Shown piece after piece: positions 49,403 through 58,978 of a DNA stretch of 64,000 bases (its first letter is position 1; each line of letters begins with the position of its first letter). Source of the stretch: Pseudomonadota bacterium (lineage in GTDB: Bacteria; Bdellovibrionota_C; UBA2361; SZUA-149; DAOLCO01); contig JAIYCX010000031.1 of assembly GCA_027487795.1 (NCBI GenBank), forward strand, positions 215,291 through 279,290, written 5' to 3'. Below the pieces are notes generated by a model. It saw only the letters and a list, made by a program, of their open reading frames with translations. It ran no database searches and had not been told where the DNA came from. Both the position numbers and the translations under genes were made by a program.

Positions 49403-50294
49403 TATTTGCTGCCTGAGAATTAGATTCTTTAATATCCTTTACCCATTGTGAATCTGAGTCTAAAACATACATTTTACCATCTGGTCCTCTGGCCATTCCC
49501 TTAAAGGAATCTCGCTTGATTTTAGATGGAGATTTAGCATCGCCTAATAATGATTTTTGATTCATACTTACTGATAAAGTTGGGGACTCATCTCCAACTC
49601 CTCTTAAAGCGAATGTAAGTTTTCCAATAGTAACTGCTGTTCTAATTTTTAAAGCATCTTCTTGAGTAACTAAAAGAGTTACAGTTGGCGGAGCTTCGGT
49701 ATTATTTGGATTACCAGACTGGGTTTCAACAGAAGCCCCAGCAGATAATATTTTTACATTTTCTGCGATAACCTTTGCTTCGATTCCTAAATCTGCATCA
49801 ACAGATTGTCTAAGCACTATAACATCTACAAAATTTCCCGCTTGTGCCCATCCTTCTACTATAGATTCTACATCTACACGAACCGTAATCGCTCTGTAAC
49901 CAGGTGGTATACCTTCAACTACCGCATTAGCATCTGATGAAGATTTTGTTAAAGCTCCTTTAGGAATTGGTGAAAAAGCACTGAATGTTTGGGATGTAAA
50001 AAAATCTCCCTTGTCATTAGCAACATTATAATATTGGCTAATATCTGAAGTACTTGGCCACTCAATCTTAGTAAAAGGTACACTTGAAATTTTTTGTCCC
50101 TTTGCTAAGGGTCTTGTTGGAACATCAACTTGTACACTAACAGGCCGAGCTATTACTTGAGGTTGACTGTTAGTATTAGTTTTAGAAAAAGAATATCCTA
50201 ATAAAAAAGTACCTAATATTAAAATGCCACCAACAACGTAGAGCTTTATTGGATCAGTATTGGAAATCTTAGATATTTTTTTAGGCTTTTTCAT
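49392..50294 (-). CDS. cpaB: Flp pilus assembly protein CpaB/RcpC-like (N-terminal TM, SAF-type domain)
   Basis: N-terminal anchor 'LYVVGGILILGTFLLGY', then a beta-rich periplasmic domain. Position is between the pilin and cpaF. Confidence 0.55.
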   Translation of the reverse strand: MKKPKKISKISNTDPIKLYVVGGILILGTFLLGYSFSKTNTNSQPQVIARPVSVQVDVPTRPLAKGQKISSVPFTKIEWPSTSDISQYYNVANDKGDFFTSQTFSAFSPIPKGALTKSSSDANAVVEGIPPGYRAITVRVDVESIVEGWAQAGNFVDVIVLRQSVDADLGIEAKVIAENVKILSAGASVETQSGNPNNTEAPPTVTLLVTQEDALKIRTAVTIGKLTFALRGVGDESPTLSVSMNQKSLLGDAKSPSKIKRDSFKGMARGPDGKMYVLDSDSQWVKDIKESNSQAANNAK

Positions 50295-50375
50295 ATTTTC
50301 TTAAATACAGCTTAAGACAGACTAGTAGATCAAAAAATCTACTAGCTTGAATAGTTTTAGACTATTAAAAGTCTA

Positions 50376-50615
50376 CTACGGAGTGCCTCCAGTTGTACCA
50401 CCGGAAGTACCACCTGTTGTCCCACCAGCTGTACCTCCAGAGCCACCAACGTTAGTTGGAGCGGCTGCAAAACCAACATTTGTGAAATAACTAGACATTC
50501 TAGAATAAAAAGTTGTAAGTCCAGTTGCTACAAGTATCACAGCTCCAATAAATAAAATGTGCTCTAGCGACAGCGAACCTCTATCATTTCTCTTCTTTTC
50601 AACTTCCTGTTTCAT
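50376..50615 (-). CDS. flp: Flp-type pilin-like protein with a glycine-rich (GGT)n C-terminal tail
   Basis: 'RGSLSLEHILFIGAVILVATG' resembles the Flp G/xxxxEY processing motif (here EH), followed by a hydrophobic helix. Tail is 'GGSGGTAGGTTGGTSGGTTGGTP'. Confidence 0.5.
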   Translation of the reverse strand: MKQEVEKKRNDRGSLSLEHILFIGAVILVATGLTTFYSRMSSYFTNVGFAAAPTNVGGSGGTAGGTTGGTSGGTTGGTP

Positions 50616-50632
50616 CTTTCTCTCCTTATGTA

Positions 50633-52018
50633 TTAATTATTAATGATTAATTTTGGTGGTTGATAATCTTCTTCCAGTGATGTGGACTCAATATTTAGAG
50701 TTTTTGTTTTTGTATCACTTTTTTCTTCTGGAATTTTATTTTTAGTTTTATTCTTAAAATAAGGTAGCCTTTCTAATTTTCTAAAAGAGACCTCTTTCTT
50801 AGTTATCATCTCAGACAAACTATTTACTGTATTAATAAAAGGTATTCTCTTTTGAAGCTTAGCCACTTCAAGTCCTAAAAGATCATTTGCTAAGTATTCT
50901 AGTCTAGCTTTAGTTTTCTTATTTCCCTCGGTGTAAAAAGTATTACCTGTTCCTACCCACATACCAGCTCGCGCATCGTATTGAATTTCATTAGGATAAA
51001 GCATTTTGGAATCAAAATTTGGATTCCAAGAAATAAAATCTAGTACGTCGTCATTTGTTAATCCTGCAGGATTCGTTCTATTTACAACTATTTTTGTAAT
51101 ACCTTCTGATATTTGATTGCTCTGATCCATTGCATTAGTTAATAAATGAACTGAGCCAGGGTCATTTGCAGAAACTAAGAATCTAATATCAGCTCGGCAA
51201 TCTATAGCAAAAGGCAAGATACCTTCTGAATGATCAAGGTCAACAATCACCACATCGAATCGATCTTGTAGCAAATCAACCAAAGATAGTGAAATTTCGA
51301 AACTTGAAGGATCTCTTAAAAAAAGATCTCTTACTTCTCCGCCTCCCGTAGGTGGAGGAAGAATAGGAATTGCACTTGCAGTATTTATTAATATTTTATC
51401 TATGTGCTCAGCGTCTGGTAGTGACCTAGAAGTAAGTAAGTCAGCAAACTCTGTAGACTGATAACGATCGGCTAATAAAAACTGACCAACTACTCCGTGC
51501 TGCGATAAATCTACTACTACAACATTTTTTTCAATAGACTGTAATGCATGAGCTAACCCACAACTAATAGTAGTGGCACCAACTCCGCCTTTTACACCCT
51601 TTACGGTAATTAAAGTTCCTTTTGTTCTTTCTTTATGTTCTTGCTCTGCGCTTGTAATAGAATATACATATCTTGATGCAGGATCTTCAATCGAAAAAAT
51701 TTCACTTACATAAGTTTCAAAACGTTTTAGATTTTTAACATTAAAATTTGAAGGAGTTAAAAATACAAAAATTGGAACTTTTGCGTGAACAGAGCGAACT
51801 TCCCTAACAAAGATTAACGATTCTTCTAACTCAAACTCCGATCCGACGACGATGGCGTCAGGAGTAGAATTAATTAAGACCTCCTCCTTAGAGGCTGGAA
51901 AAAATCTAGCAACTAAAAGATGCCCAATAGATCTACGACAAGACCTAAAGCCCTCTTCTAAAAGTTGCTCCAATTTAATTCTATCTGAAGCAGTCTTATC
52001 TACGCAAGCTACTCTCAT
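50633..52018 (-). CDS. cpaE: CpaE-like pilus assembly protein (N-terminal receiver-like domain fused to a MinD/ParA-family ATPase)
   Basis: Deviant Walker A 'VKGVKGGVGATTIS'. N-terminal ~120 aa is REC-like without a clear phospho-acceptor context. Confidence 0.7.
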   Translation of the reverse strand: MRVACVDKTASDRIKLEQLLEEGFRSCRRSIGHLLVARFFPASKEEVLINSTPDAIVVGSEFELEESLIFVREVRSVHAKVPIFVFLTPSNFNVKNLKRFETYVSEIFSIEDPASRYVYSITSAEQEHKERTKGTLITVKGVKGGVGATTISCGLAHALQSIEKNVVVVDLSQHGVVGQFLLADRYQSTEFADLLTSRSLPDAEHIDKILINTASAIPILPPPTGGGEVRDLFLRDPSSFEISLSLVDLLQDRFDVVIVDLDHSEGILPFAIDCRADIRFLVSANDPGSVHLLTNAMDQSNQISEGITKIVVNRTNPAGLTNDDVLDFISWNPNFDSKMLYPNEIQYDARAGMWVGTGNTFYTEGNKKTKARLEYLANDLLGLEVAKLQKRIPFINTVNSLSEMITKKEVSFRKLERLPYFKNKTKNKIPEEKSDTKTKTLNIESTSLEEDYQPPKLIINN

Positions 52019-52223
52019 GTAGTTTAGACCTTATAAATTAAGATAATTAAACAAACCAAATAAGTAGTATAATTTTTAATACTTCCTTGGACCCTTCAGG
52101 TTATCGCATTTAATTTAAATAAGTTTCCAGTTATTGTAATAAAAAATGTTCGAAACTGGACATTTTTGAATTTTACGCGAAATATTTCAACTATATAAAT
52201 AGGTTATCTATTTAATAAAGAAA

Positions 52224-53117
52224 CTAAAAATCTGAAGTTTTTGAGTTTTTATACTCCCTTATTACCTTTCTTAGTCCAAGTATCGAAGACTTTAACTCAC
52301 CATCCTCAAGTCGAATCTGACTTTTATACAATCGATCCTCTAAAAGACTTAGACTTTTAACACTCCCATTTGGTATTTGATCCAGAAATTCATCAAGTGA
52401 CTTAAAATATCTTGCATAAGAAATTGCATTTCTTGTTTTCCAAGGTCCAAAAATTCTAGAAGCTTCGTGTATGGTATCTAGGCGAATAGCTGGATCATAA
52501 TAAAGCTCCGAACTAAAATAAGCTGATAGCCAACCTAAATAATGAAAAACGGTCATGTCGGATTCACCGATAAGTGATATTCGACTTGGTGGCATAGGAG
52601 CTGTTAAAGTCTTTTGCAAAGCAGGGAACTCAAAATACATAAACTTAGAATCAAAACTAAAGTAAATTGAGCGCTCTGGGCCTAATAACTTTTTATAATT
52701 CTTAAGTGACTCCGTTATAGGAAGATCAATATTTAAATTATCTCTTGAGCCCGAAATTATAATAGATGGTCGTTTATTAGATAAAAACCACTTTTTTTTA
52801 TCTGCTTCTTTTATACTATAAGGAATTAGTGAACTTCCAGGTAAGTGATAAGTTTTACCAACTAACTTAAGTCCCGCACTTAATTTTCTTGCCGCTAGTC
52901 CATCAGTATCAGAATCCAACTTGGTAATTAATATCCTACCTGAATACATGCCTAATTCTCTCATAAAAAAGAATCTTCCCTGTAATAAAAACCAAATTAA
53001 AAAGAGATAAAAAAAACTATTAATGCGAAAGTTACAACCTAAGAATCTCTGAATAAGATATATTAAAATTAATATTGGTAGAAAAAAGATCTGCTGCAAT
53101 CCTTCAATAGATGTCAC
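52224..53117 (-). CDS. Hypothetical membrane protein (two N-terminal TM helices plus a cytoplasmic domain)
   Basis: ORF only. The N-terminus is hydrophobic ('FFLPILILIYLIQRF...FYLFLIWFLLQ'). Confidence 0.35.
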   Translation of the reverse strand: MTSIEGLQQIFFLPILILIYLIQRFLGCNFRINSFFYLFLIWFLLQGRFFFMRELGMYSGRILITKLDSDTDGLAARKLSAGLKLVGKTYHLPGSSLIPYSIKEADKKKWFLSNKRPSIIISGSRDNLNIDLPITESLKNYKKLLGPERSIYFSFDSKFMYFEFPALQKTLTAPMPPSRISLIGESDMTVFHYLGWLSAYFSSELYYDPAIRLDTIHEASRIFGPWKTRNAISYARYFKSLDEFLDQIPNGSVKSLSLLEDRLYKSQIRLEDGELKSSILGLRKVIREYKNSKTSDF

Positions 53118-53246
53118 TGATATTGAACAAACATACTTACATATGAATATAAGTAAAATCAGTAAAGAAAAGTAGAATATCTTATTCTTATTAACGATTT
53201 GATATGTAGTAACGATGACTATACCTCTGAATTAATAGGTTACTTT

Positions 53247-53280
53247 TACTATGAATTCCAGTTTTAGGAAATTCATAGTA
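53247..53280. promoter_or_regulatory. 11-bp perfect inverted repeat (tactatgaatt / aattcatagta) with a 12-nt spacer, in the divergent intergenic region
   Basis: Read from the sequence. It is centred between the divergent genes at 53117 and 53333, so it is a candidate operator. Confidence 0.3.
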
Positions 53281-53332
53281 AAAAAGCTATAAAAATAGCA
53301 AAAAAGCTCTAAATCATTTAATTACAAATAAT

Positions 53333-54043
53333 ATGACTCCCGAAGATTTATCAGAAGCCTTTCATAAAGTTTTTCATGACATAGGAAATCCTATTACTTC
53401 AATAATATCCTACTCTAACTTAATAGAACAAGCACCAACTCTTGGAATACCACTAGAGAAGGCATCAAATTATTCTTCTTCTATTACTAAAGAAGCTTGG
53501 AAAGTTAATAGACTCTTAGAACTATTCTTACTCCTTGTATCAAAAAAAAATAATACCTCATTAGTTAGTCTAGAAAGCTGTAAAAAAAATGTTATTGCTA
53601 GATACGCTAATAGGTACGGACTTGGCGAATTAGATATTAACTTTATTAATTTCGATCAAGAAATCTCCTTCATAGGTGAAAGTGATCAAGTTACTGTTAT
53701 TTTTTGTGAAATTTTAAGTAATGCGCTCGGGGCAATTTCACAAATGGAGAATAAAGAAGATTTTCTAACTATTGATATCGAACATGAAACTATCTTAGAT
53801 AATAACTCTGAAAAATTTCTAAAAATAAACTTCAAAAATAAAAGCAAAAAACATAATAGTAACTTAGATGACTTAAAAAAAATTGGAGTTTGTGAGTTTT
53901 CGAGATTTAATAAACCAGCCGGAATTGGACTTTTTGCAATTTCTAACACTTTAGAAAAATGGGGGGGGAGACTTGAGATTAAAGAGGAGCTCGTTAACAA
54001 CCAAGAATATTATTTTATTACTTCACTATATTTAGCACAATAA
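53333..54043 (+). CDS. Soluble histidine-kinase-like protein lacking a sensor domain (HisKA-like H-box plus HATPase_c)
   Basis: H-box-like 'FHDIGNPITSIISYSNLIE', N-box 'CEILSNALGAI' and G-box 'GIGLFAISNTLEKWGG'. Confidence 0.5.
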   Translation: MTPEDLSEAFHKVFHDIGNPITSIISYSNLIEQAPTLGIPLEKASNYSSSITKEAWKVNRLLELFLLLVSKKNNTSLVSLESCKKNVIARYANRYGLGELDINFINFDQEISFIGESDQVTVIFCEILSNALGAISQMENKEDFLTIDIEHETILDNNSEKFLKINFKNKSKKHNSNLDDLKKIGVCEFSRFNKPAGIGLFAISNTLEKWGGRLEIKEELVNNQEYYFITSLYLAQ

Positions 54044-54559
54044 ATGGCCATTTTACCAATAATTAAATATCCTAAAGAGATACTAAGAAAAACTGCAGAG
54101 CCTATTTCTGAAATCTCAGAAGAAATAGTTACACTAGCTACAAACATGGCTGAAACTATGTACGACGCTCCCGGGATAGGATTAGCTGCGCCTCAAGTTG
54201 GAGTTTCAAAAAGACTTTTCGTAATTGATTTAGGAAAAGATGAAAACGAAGAAAAAAAATCTGAACTTCTAACTTTCATTAACCCACAGATAATTGAATC
54301 TCGCGGAAAGATGAAATACGAAGAAGGATGTCTTAGTATACCAGAAATAAGAGAATACGTAGAAAGACCTTCATGGGTAAAAGTTAAAGCATTATCAATA
54401 AGCGGTCAAGAATTTGAACTTGAAGCTGAAGGCTTATTAGCAATATGCATACAGCATGAACTTGATCATCTTAACGGAGTTCTCTTTATTGATTACTTAA
54501 AAGGGTTAAAGAAAAAACTTATCGCTAAGAAACTTATGGCTTTTGAAAATATTAAGTAA
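54044..54559 (+). CDS. def: Peptide deformylase
   Basis: 'GIGLAAPQVG', 'EGCLSIP' and 'HELDHLNG' are the three canonical PDF motifs. Confidence 0.9.
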   Translation: MAILPIIKYPKEILRKTAEPISEISEEIVTLATNMAETMYDAPGIGLAAPQVGVSKRLFVIDLGKDENEEKKSELLTFINPQIIESRGKMKYEEGCLSIPEIREYVERPSWVKVKALSISGQEFELEAEGLLAICIQHELDHLNGVLFIDYLKGLKKKLIAKKLMAFENIK

Positions 54560-54574
54560 CTTTATTAAATAGCT

Positions 54575-55573
54575 ATGAATAATAAAGCTAGTGTTTATTT
54601 TTTTGGAAGTCCCGAATTTAGTGTCCCTACTCTTTGTGAATTATTTTCATGTGAAAGAATAGAAGTTAAAGCAGTAATTACACAGCCCGAAAAAATAAGA
54701 AGCAGAGGACACAATAAAGTACTTACTTCCGTAGGTATTAAAGCAGAAGAACTCTTGATACCTTTATTTAGTCCTATTTCTTTAAAAAACTTAATGGATC
54801 AGACGAATGAACAAGATGAAGAAGCATTCAGATTTAAAAATTTTCTCTCAAACAACAAGCCCGACTTTTGTGTTCTAGTAGCATACGGGAAACTCATTCC
54901 TGAAGAGTTACTTAAACTTCCTAAATTAGCATTTTTAAATATTCATCCATCTAAACTTCCTCGCTGGAGAGGTGCCGCCCCAATACAACATACTCTCATG
55001 AACGGAGAAAAAGATACCGAAGTTTGTATAATTGAACTAATAAAAGAACTTGATGCAGGTCCAATATATAAAAAAGAATCTGTTGAAATATCTGATCAAG
55101 AAAATTATGGCGACTTATCTGAAAGACTAGGAGCTATTGGAGCAAGGCTCGTAACAGACACCATACTAGAAATTTTAGATAATGATCTCAAACCAACACC
55201 GCAAGAAGATTTGGAAACAACTTATGCTTCCAAAATAAAAAAAGAAGATACAATAATAAATTGGAATTGGTCGGCTAATAAAATCACAAATCTTGTGCGA
55301 GCTTTATCTCCTCAACCCGTGGCAAGAACAACCTTTAAGAATAAAAGTTGTAAAATTTTATCCTGTACTGAAATAAACTCAGCAGATATTACAACTGATA
55401 TTATCGAGATTGGGAAGCTATATAAAGATAAAATAAATAAGAACTTATTTGTTGGATGTGGTAATAAAGAGTTAATTTCTATAAACGAATTGCAAATTGA
55501 AGGTAAAAATCCTGTTAAAGCAGCTGAATTTTTAAACGGACTTCAAGATATGACAAAGGCTTATTTCACTTAA
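54575..55573 (+). CDS. fmt: Methionyl-tRNA formyltransferase
   Basis: N-terminal formyl-transferase domain ('YFFGSPEFSVPTL...NIHPSKLPRWRGAAPIQ') plus the C-terminal domain. Follows def. Confidence 0.9.
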   Translation: MNNKASVYFFGSPEFSVPTLCELFSCERIEVKAVITQPEKIRSRGHNKVLTSVGIKAEELLIPLFSPISLKNLMDQTNEQDEEAFRFKNFLSNNKPDFCVLVAYGKLIPEELLKLPKLAFLNIHPSKLPRWRGAAPIQHTLMNGEKDTEVCIIELIKELDAGPIYKKESVEISDQENYGDLSERLGAIGARLVTDTILEILDNDLKPTPQEDLETTYASKIKKEDTIINWNWSANKITNLVRALSPQPVARTTFKNKSCKILSCTEINSADITTDIIEIGKLYKDKINKNLFVGCGNKELISINELQIEGKNPVKAAEFLNGLQDMTKAYFT

Positions 55574-56172
55574 TGGAAATTTTACCTAAAATTCTATATG
55601 CACTTTTAGCTTTTCTAGTAGGATCAATACCTTTTGGCCTAATCATATCGAAAAAATATGGCATAAATATAAAAGAAGTAGGCAGTAAAAATGTCGGTGC
55701 TACTAACGTCATGAGAAGTGTCGGAAAGATTCCAGGTATAATGACATTCTTACTTGATTTTCTAAAAGGCGGAATAGTTGTACTTATTTCAAAATACTTC
55801 GGAGCAAGTATAGAAGAGCAAGCATTTTTTGGATTCATGACAATACTCGGTCACTGCTTCAGTCCTTTTTTGGGTTGGAAAGGAGGAAAAGGAGTTAGCA
55901 CTGGGTTTTCAGTTTTTCTTTTTATATGCCCGACACAAGCACTCTACTCGCTACTTGTATTCATAATCATCTTTGCTTTTTCGGGAATAATATCTTTATC
56001 TTCTCTAACAGCAGTATTTTTTCTTCACCTATTATCATTAGATAATAACTTACTATATCAAATTAAACTTTATACTTTTTTAACTTTGATTCTAATAACT
56101 CTTAGACACAGAGAAAACATAGTAAGATTAATAAATGGGAAAGAATTTAGATTTAAGAAAATAGGATTCTAA
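55573..56172 (+). CDS. plsY: Glycerol-3-phosphate acyltransferase PlsY
   Basis: 'GSKNVGATNVMRSVGK' and 'FKGGKGVSTGFSVF' PlsY motifs. 199 aa. Confidence 0.85.
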   Translation: MEILPKILYALLAFLVGSIPFGLIISKKYGINIKEVGSKNVGATNVMRSVGKIPGIMTFLLDFLKGGIVVLISKYFGASIEEQAFFGFMTILGHCFSPFLGWKGGKGVSTGFSVFLFICPTQALYSLLVFIIIFAFSGIISLSSLTAVFFLHLLSLDNNLLYQIKLYTFLTLILITLRHRENIVRLINGKEFRFKKIGF

Positions 56173-56183
56173 ATTAGAAATCG

Positions 56184-57404
56184 TTACTTCCTTACCCCTG
56201 ACCACTTATCAAATCTATAATACACTAACGCTACTCCAGGTATCGCTGTTAAACTACAAAAAATAAAAAAATCTACCCAGCCAAAAATTCCGACTAAATA
56301 ACCTGTTGGTGCTCCAGCAAAAACTCTTGATACGGCAGCGAAACTAGATAAAAGAGCAAAAGAAGTAGCAGCAAAACCTGGATTACAACAAGCCATCAAA
56401 AATGCAATAAATGGCGTAGTCGCTAGTCCTGCGCAAAAATTCTCAAATCCTACTGCAAATGCCATTACTAAAGAATTATTACCTGTATAAGCAAGTAAAG
56501 AAAAACTAAGAGTAGAAAATCCTTGTATTATACCAAAGTATATCAAACACTTCTTAAGGCCTAGTTTAGGATATAGCAGTCCTCCACAAATACTACCAAG
56601 TATAGATGCTACTAAGCCAACTCCCTTAGTAACAGCCCCTATTTCAGTTTTACTAAATCCAATCTCCATCATAAATGGAGTAGTGAGCGCTACTGCCATT
56701 ACAATATCAACTTTGTAAATAAGTATAAAAAACAAAACTTCTAATGATTCAACTCTTGAAAAAAAATCTTTAAAGGGAATAATTATTGCCTGATTTAAAC
56801 TTTTAGGGGCGACAGTTACTAACTCTTCTTTAGAAAAAAAAGTAAAAAAAGAGCATGCCAGTAAGCATAAAGACATCAATAAAAATACAAATGGCCAAGC
56901 AATTAAATCCGCTAAAACTAGGGCAACTGCCCCAGATACGATCATCGCAAGTCTGTATCCCAAATTTGATAGCGAAGCTCCCATGCCTCTTTCATCAGGA
57001 GTTAAAACCTCTGTTCGATAAGCATCAATAACGATATCTTGAGTAGCGCTTAGGAATGCTATAACTAAAGCAACTAGCAAAATAAAAAAAGTGTCATCAC
57101 TAGGAGATAAAAAACCAAATATCGCTATCGCTAGAAATAGTAGAATTTGAGATACAAATATCCATCCCCTTCTTTTAGTTAAAAAAGGGAAATGATAGAC
57201 ATCAAAGATAGGCGCCCAAAGAAATTTTAAAGTATAGGGAAGTCCGACTAAAGATAATAGACCAATGGTCTTTAGGTCTATTCCTCCGTCTTTTAGCCAA
57301 GCTTGAAAAGTACCGCCGGTTAAAGCTAATGGAAGGCCTGACGAAAAGCCAAGCCCTCCAAGTAATAATAGTTTCCTATTAAATATCGATTTATTTTTTA
57401 TCAA
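56184..57404 (-). CDS. ampG: AmpG-family MFS muropeptide permease
   Basis: 'LLLLGGLGFSSGLPLALTGGTFQAWLKDGGIDLKTIGLLSLVGLPYTLKFLWAPIFD' closely follows the AmpG N-terminal consensus. Confidence 0.8.
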   Translation of the reverse strand: MIKNKSIFNRKLLLLGGLGFSSGLPLALTGGTFQAWLKDGGIDLKTIGLLSLVGLPYTLKFLWAPIFDVYHFPFLTKRRGWIFVSQILLFLAIAIFGFLSPSDDTFFILLVALVIAFLSATQDIVIDAYRTEVLTPDERGMGASLSNLGYRLAMIVSGAVALVLADLIAWPFVFLLMSLCLLACSFFTFFSKEELVTVAPKSLNQAIIIPFKDFFSRVESLEVLFFILIYKVDIVMAVALTTPFMMEIGFSKTEIGAVTKGVGLVASILGSICGGLLYPKLGLKKCLIYFGIIQGFSTLSFSLLAYTGNNSLVMAFAVGFENFCAGLATTPFIAFLMACCNPGFAATSFALLSSFAAVSRVFAGAPTGYLVGIFGWVDFFIFCSLTAIPGVALVYYRFDKWSGVRK

Positions 57405-57426
57405 GAAGCTAACAGAAATCTAACAT

Positions 57427-58890
57427 CTAGAATCTCTTCCAAATGTACTGATTAGTTACCTCATGGTGAAACAATACTTCCTCAGTTTTAACCATAGTTC
57501 CTAAATCCTTAGGACATCTGTTTGCTGATTGCTCTTTTAGCTCACAATATTTTTCTGCATTTTCCTTACCTAATAGTTCTTTCATTAATGAACTAGCATT
57601 AAAATGCTCCATTGCAGTGTAGATATTATCAGGAAGAATATTGTTACCAATTTTTCTATTACTCTTACTAAACTCTGGCTTTGTTGGCCCTTCTAAACCA
57701 GTCTTAAAAAGAGCATATAAACATAAGTAAGGGTTTGAATCTGGAGCAACTGTTCTTACTTCTACTCTTGATGACTTAGCATTACCTAGAGGTATTCTAA
57801 CCATTGCCGTTCTATTTACAGCAGATGCCATAATCTGATTTGGTGCTTCGTAATGTGGATCTAATCTTCTATATGCATTAACGCTAGGGTTAATAACAAG
57901 ACACATATCTAATGCATTAGATAATAAACGATCAACAAAATCCCAAGCCATTGGTGATAAGTTATCTTCTCCTTCCTTGTCATAGAATAAGTTCTGACCT
58001 TGCTTGCATACAGAGATATTTGTATGCATTCCGCTACCATTGATATTAGTCATTGGCTTTGGAAGGAAAGACGCGGTCATTCCCATGTCCGCAGCAATTT
58101 GTCTTGCAAGCAACTTATAGATTTGAATCTGATCAGCGGCGATTAAAACATCACAATAATTATAATTTAGCTCAAACTGAGAAGGAGCAACTTCTGGGTG
58201 ATCCTTCTCATTTTCAAATCCCATTGCTCTTTGAGCTTCAGCAAACTTATCAATAAATACCTTAAGAGGATCCTTCGGCAACGAATGATAGTAACCTCCA
58301 TTAGAAACAAACTTAAATCCTTCTTGAGCATTAAAGCTTTGTTCAGCATTTTTACCTTCAAATAAAAAGCCTTCTATTTCTACTGCAGCAAATAATTCTG
58401 TTTTATCTTTCTTCCAAAGATCATTAGAATATTTTTTTAGAAGACCTCTGATATCAGATTTGTATAAACTTCCGTCTCTATCGTTAATTTGTCCAAAAAC
58501 GATAACTTTTCCTGGTCCAAAAATATCTGATGGTAGCCATCTGAAAGAACCCCAATCTATTTCTAATCTAAGATCAGACTCTCTAACAGCAGTTAAACCT
58601 CTAATAGAAGAACCATCAAAAGTTAAATTATCATATGACTTTAGTAAAAACTTTTTATCATAATCTAGCATATGGAAGCGACCTTCTAAATCAGAGAAGG
58701 CTACTGTTACCGCTTTTAAAGCTTTTTCTTGCTCAAGATACTTTAGATAAAATTCTCTAAGCTCTCCTTCGTCAACTCGTTGAGTGACTTTCGCCTTAGC
58801 TTTTAAATTTAACTCTTCGAGTTCATCATAAGATATTTCTAGGAAGTTTTTTATTTGTATAGACATATGTTTACTTAATTTTTCTGTCAT
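57427..58890 (-). CDS. glnA: Glutamine synthetase (type I-like catalytic core)
   Basis: 'NINGSGMHTNISV' and 'MASAVNRTAMVRIP' match the GS 'GSGMHxHxS' and 'NRxAxIRIP' motifs. 487 aa. Confidence 0.75.
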   Translation of the reverse strand: MTEKLSKHMSIQIKNFLEISYDELEELNLKAKAKVTQRVDEGELREFYLKYLEQEKALKAVTVAFSDLEGRFHMLDYDKKFLLKSYDNLTFDGSSIRGLTAVRESDLRLEIDWGSFRWLPSDIFGPGKVIVFGQINDRDGSLYKSDIRGLLKKYSNDLWKKDKTELFAAVEIEGFLFEGKNAEQSFNAQEGFKFVSNGGYYHSLPKDPLKVFIDKFAEAQRAMGFENEKDHPEVAPSQFELNYNYCDVLIAADQIQIYKLLARQIAADMGMTASFLPKPMTNINGSGMHTNISVCKQGQNLFYDKEGEDNLSPMAWDFVDRLLSNALDMCLVINPSVNAYRRLDPHYEAPNQIMASAVNRTAMVRIPLGNAKSSRVEVRTVAPDSNPYLCLYALFKTGLEGPTKPEFSKSNRKIGNNILPDNIYTAMEHFNASSLMKELLGKENAEKYCELKEQSANRCPKDLGTMVKTEEVLFHHEVTNQYIWKRF

Positions 58891-58978
58891 TTAAATGAAT
58901 AATCAAAATAAATAATAGCTTCTTAATTAAAGTTTTAAAATAAGAAGAATCATTAATGATATAAATGGTTAATGAAAA

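Noticed and set aside
50376-50460. Short ggtggtac-type repeats
   Set aside because: Encode the (GGT)n tail of the Flp-like pilin. A coding microsatellite, not a CRISPR or IS element.
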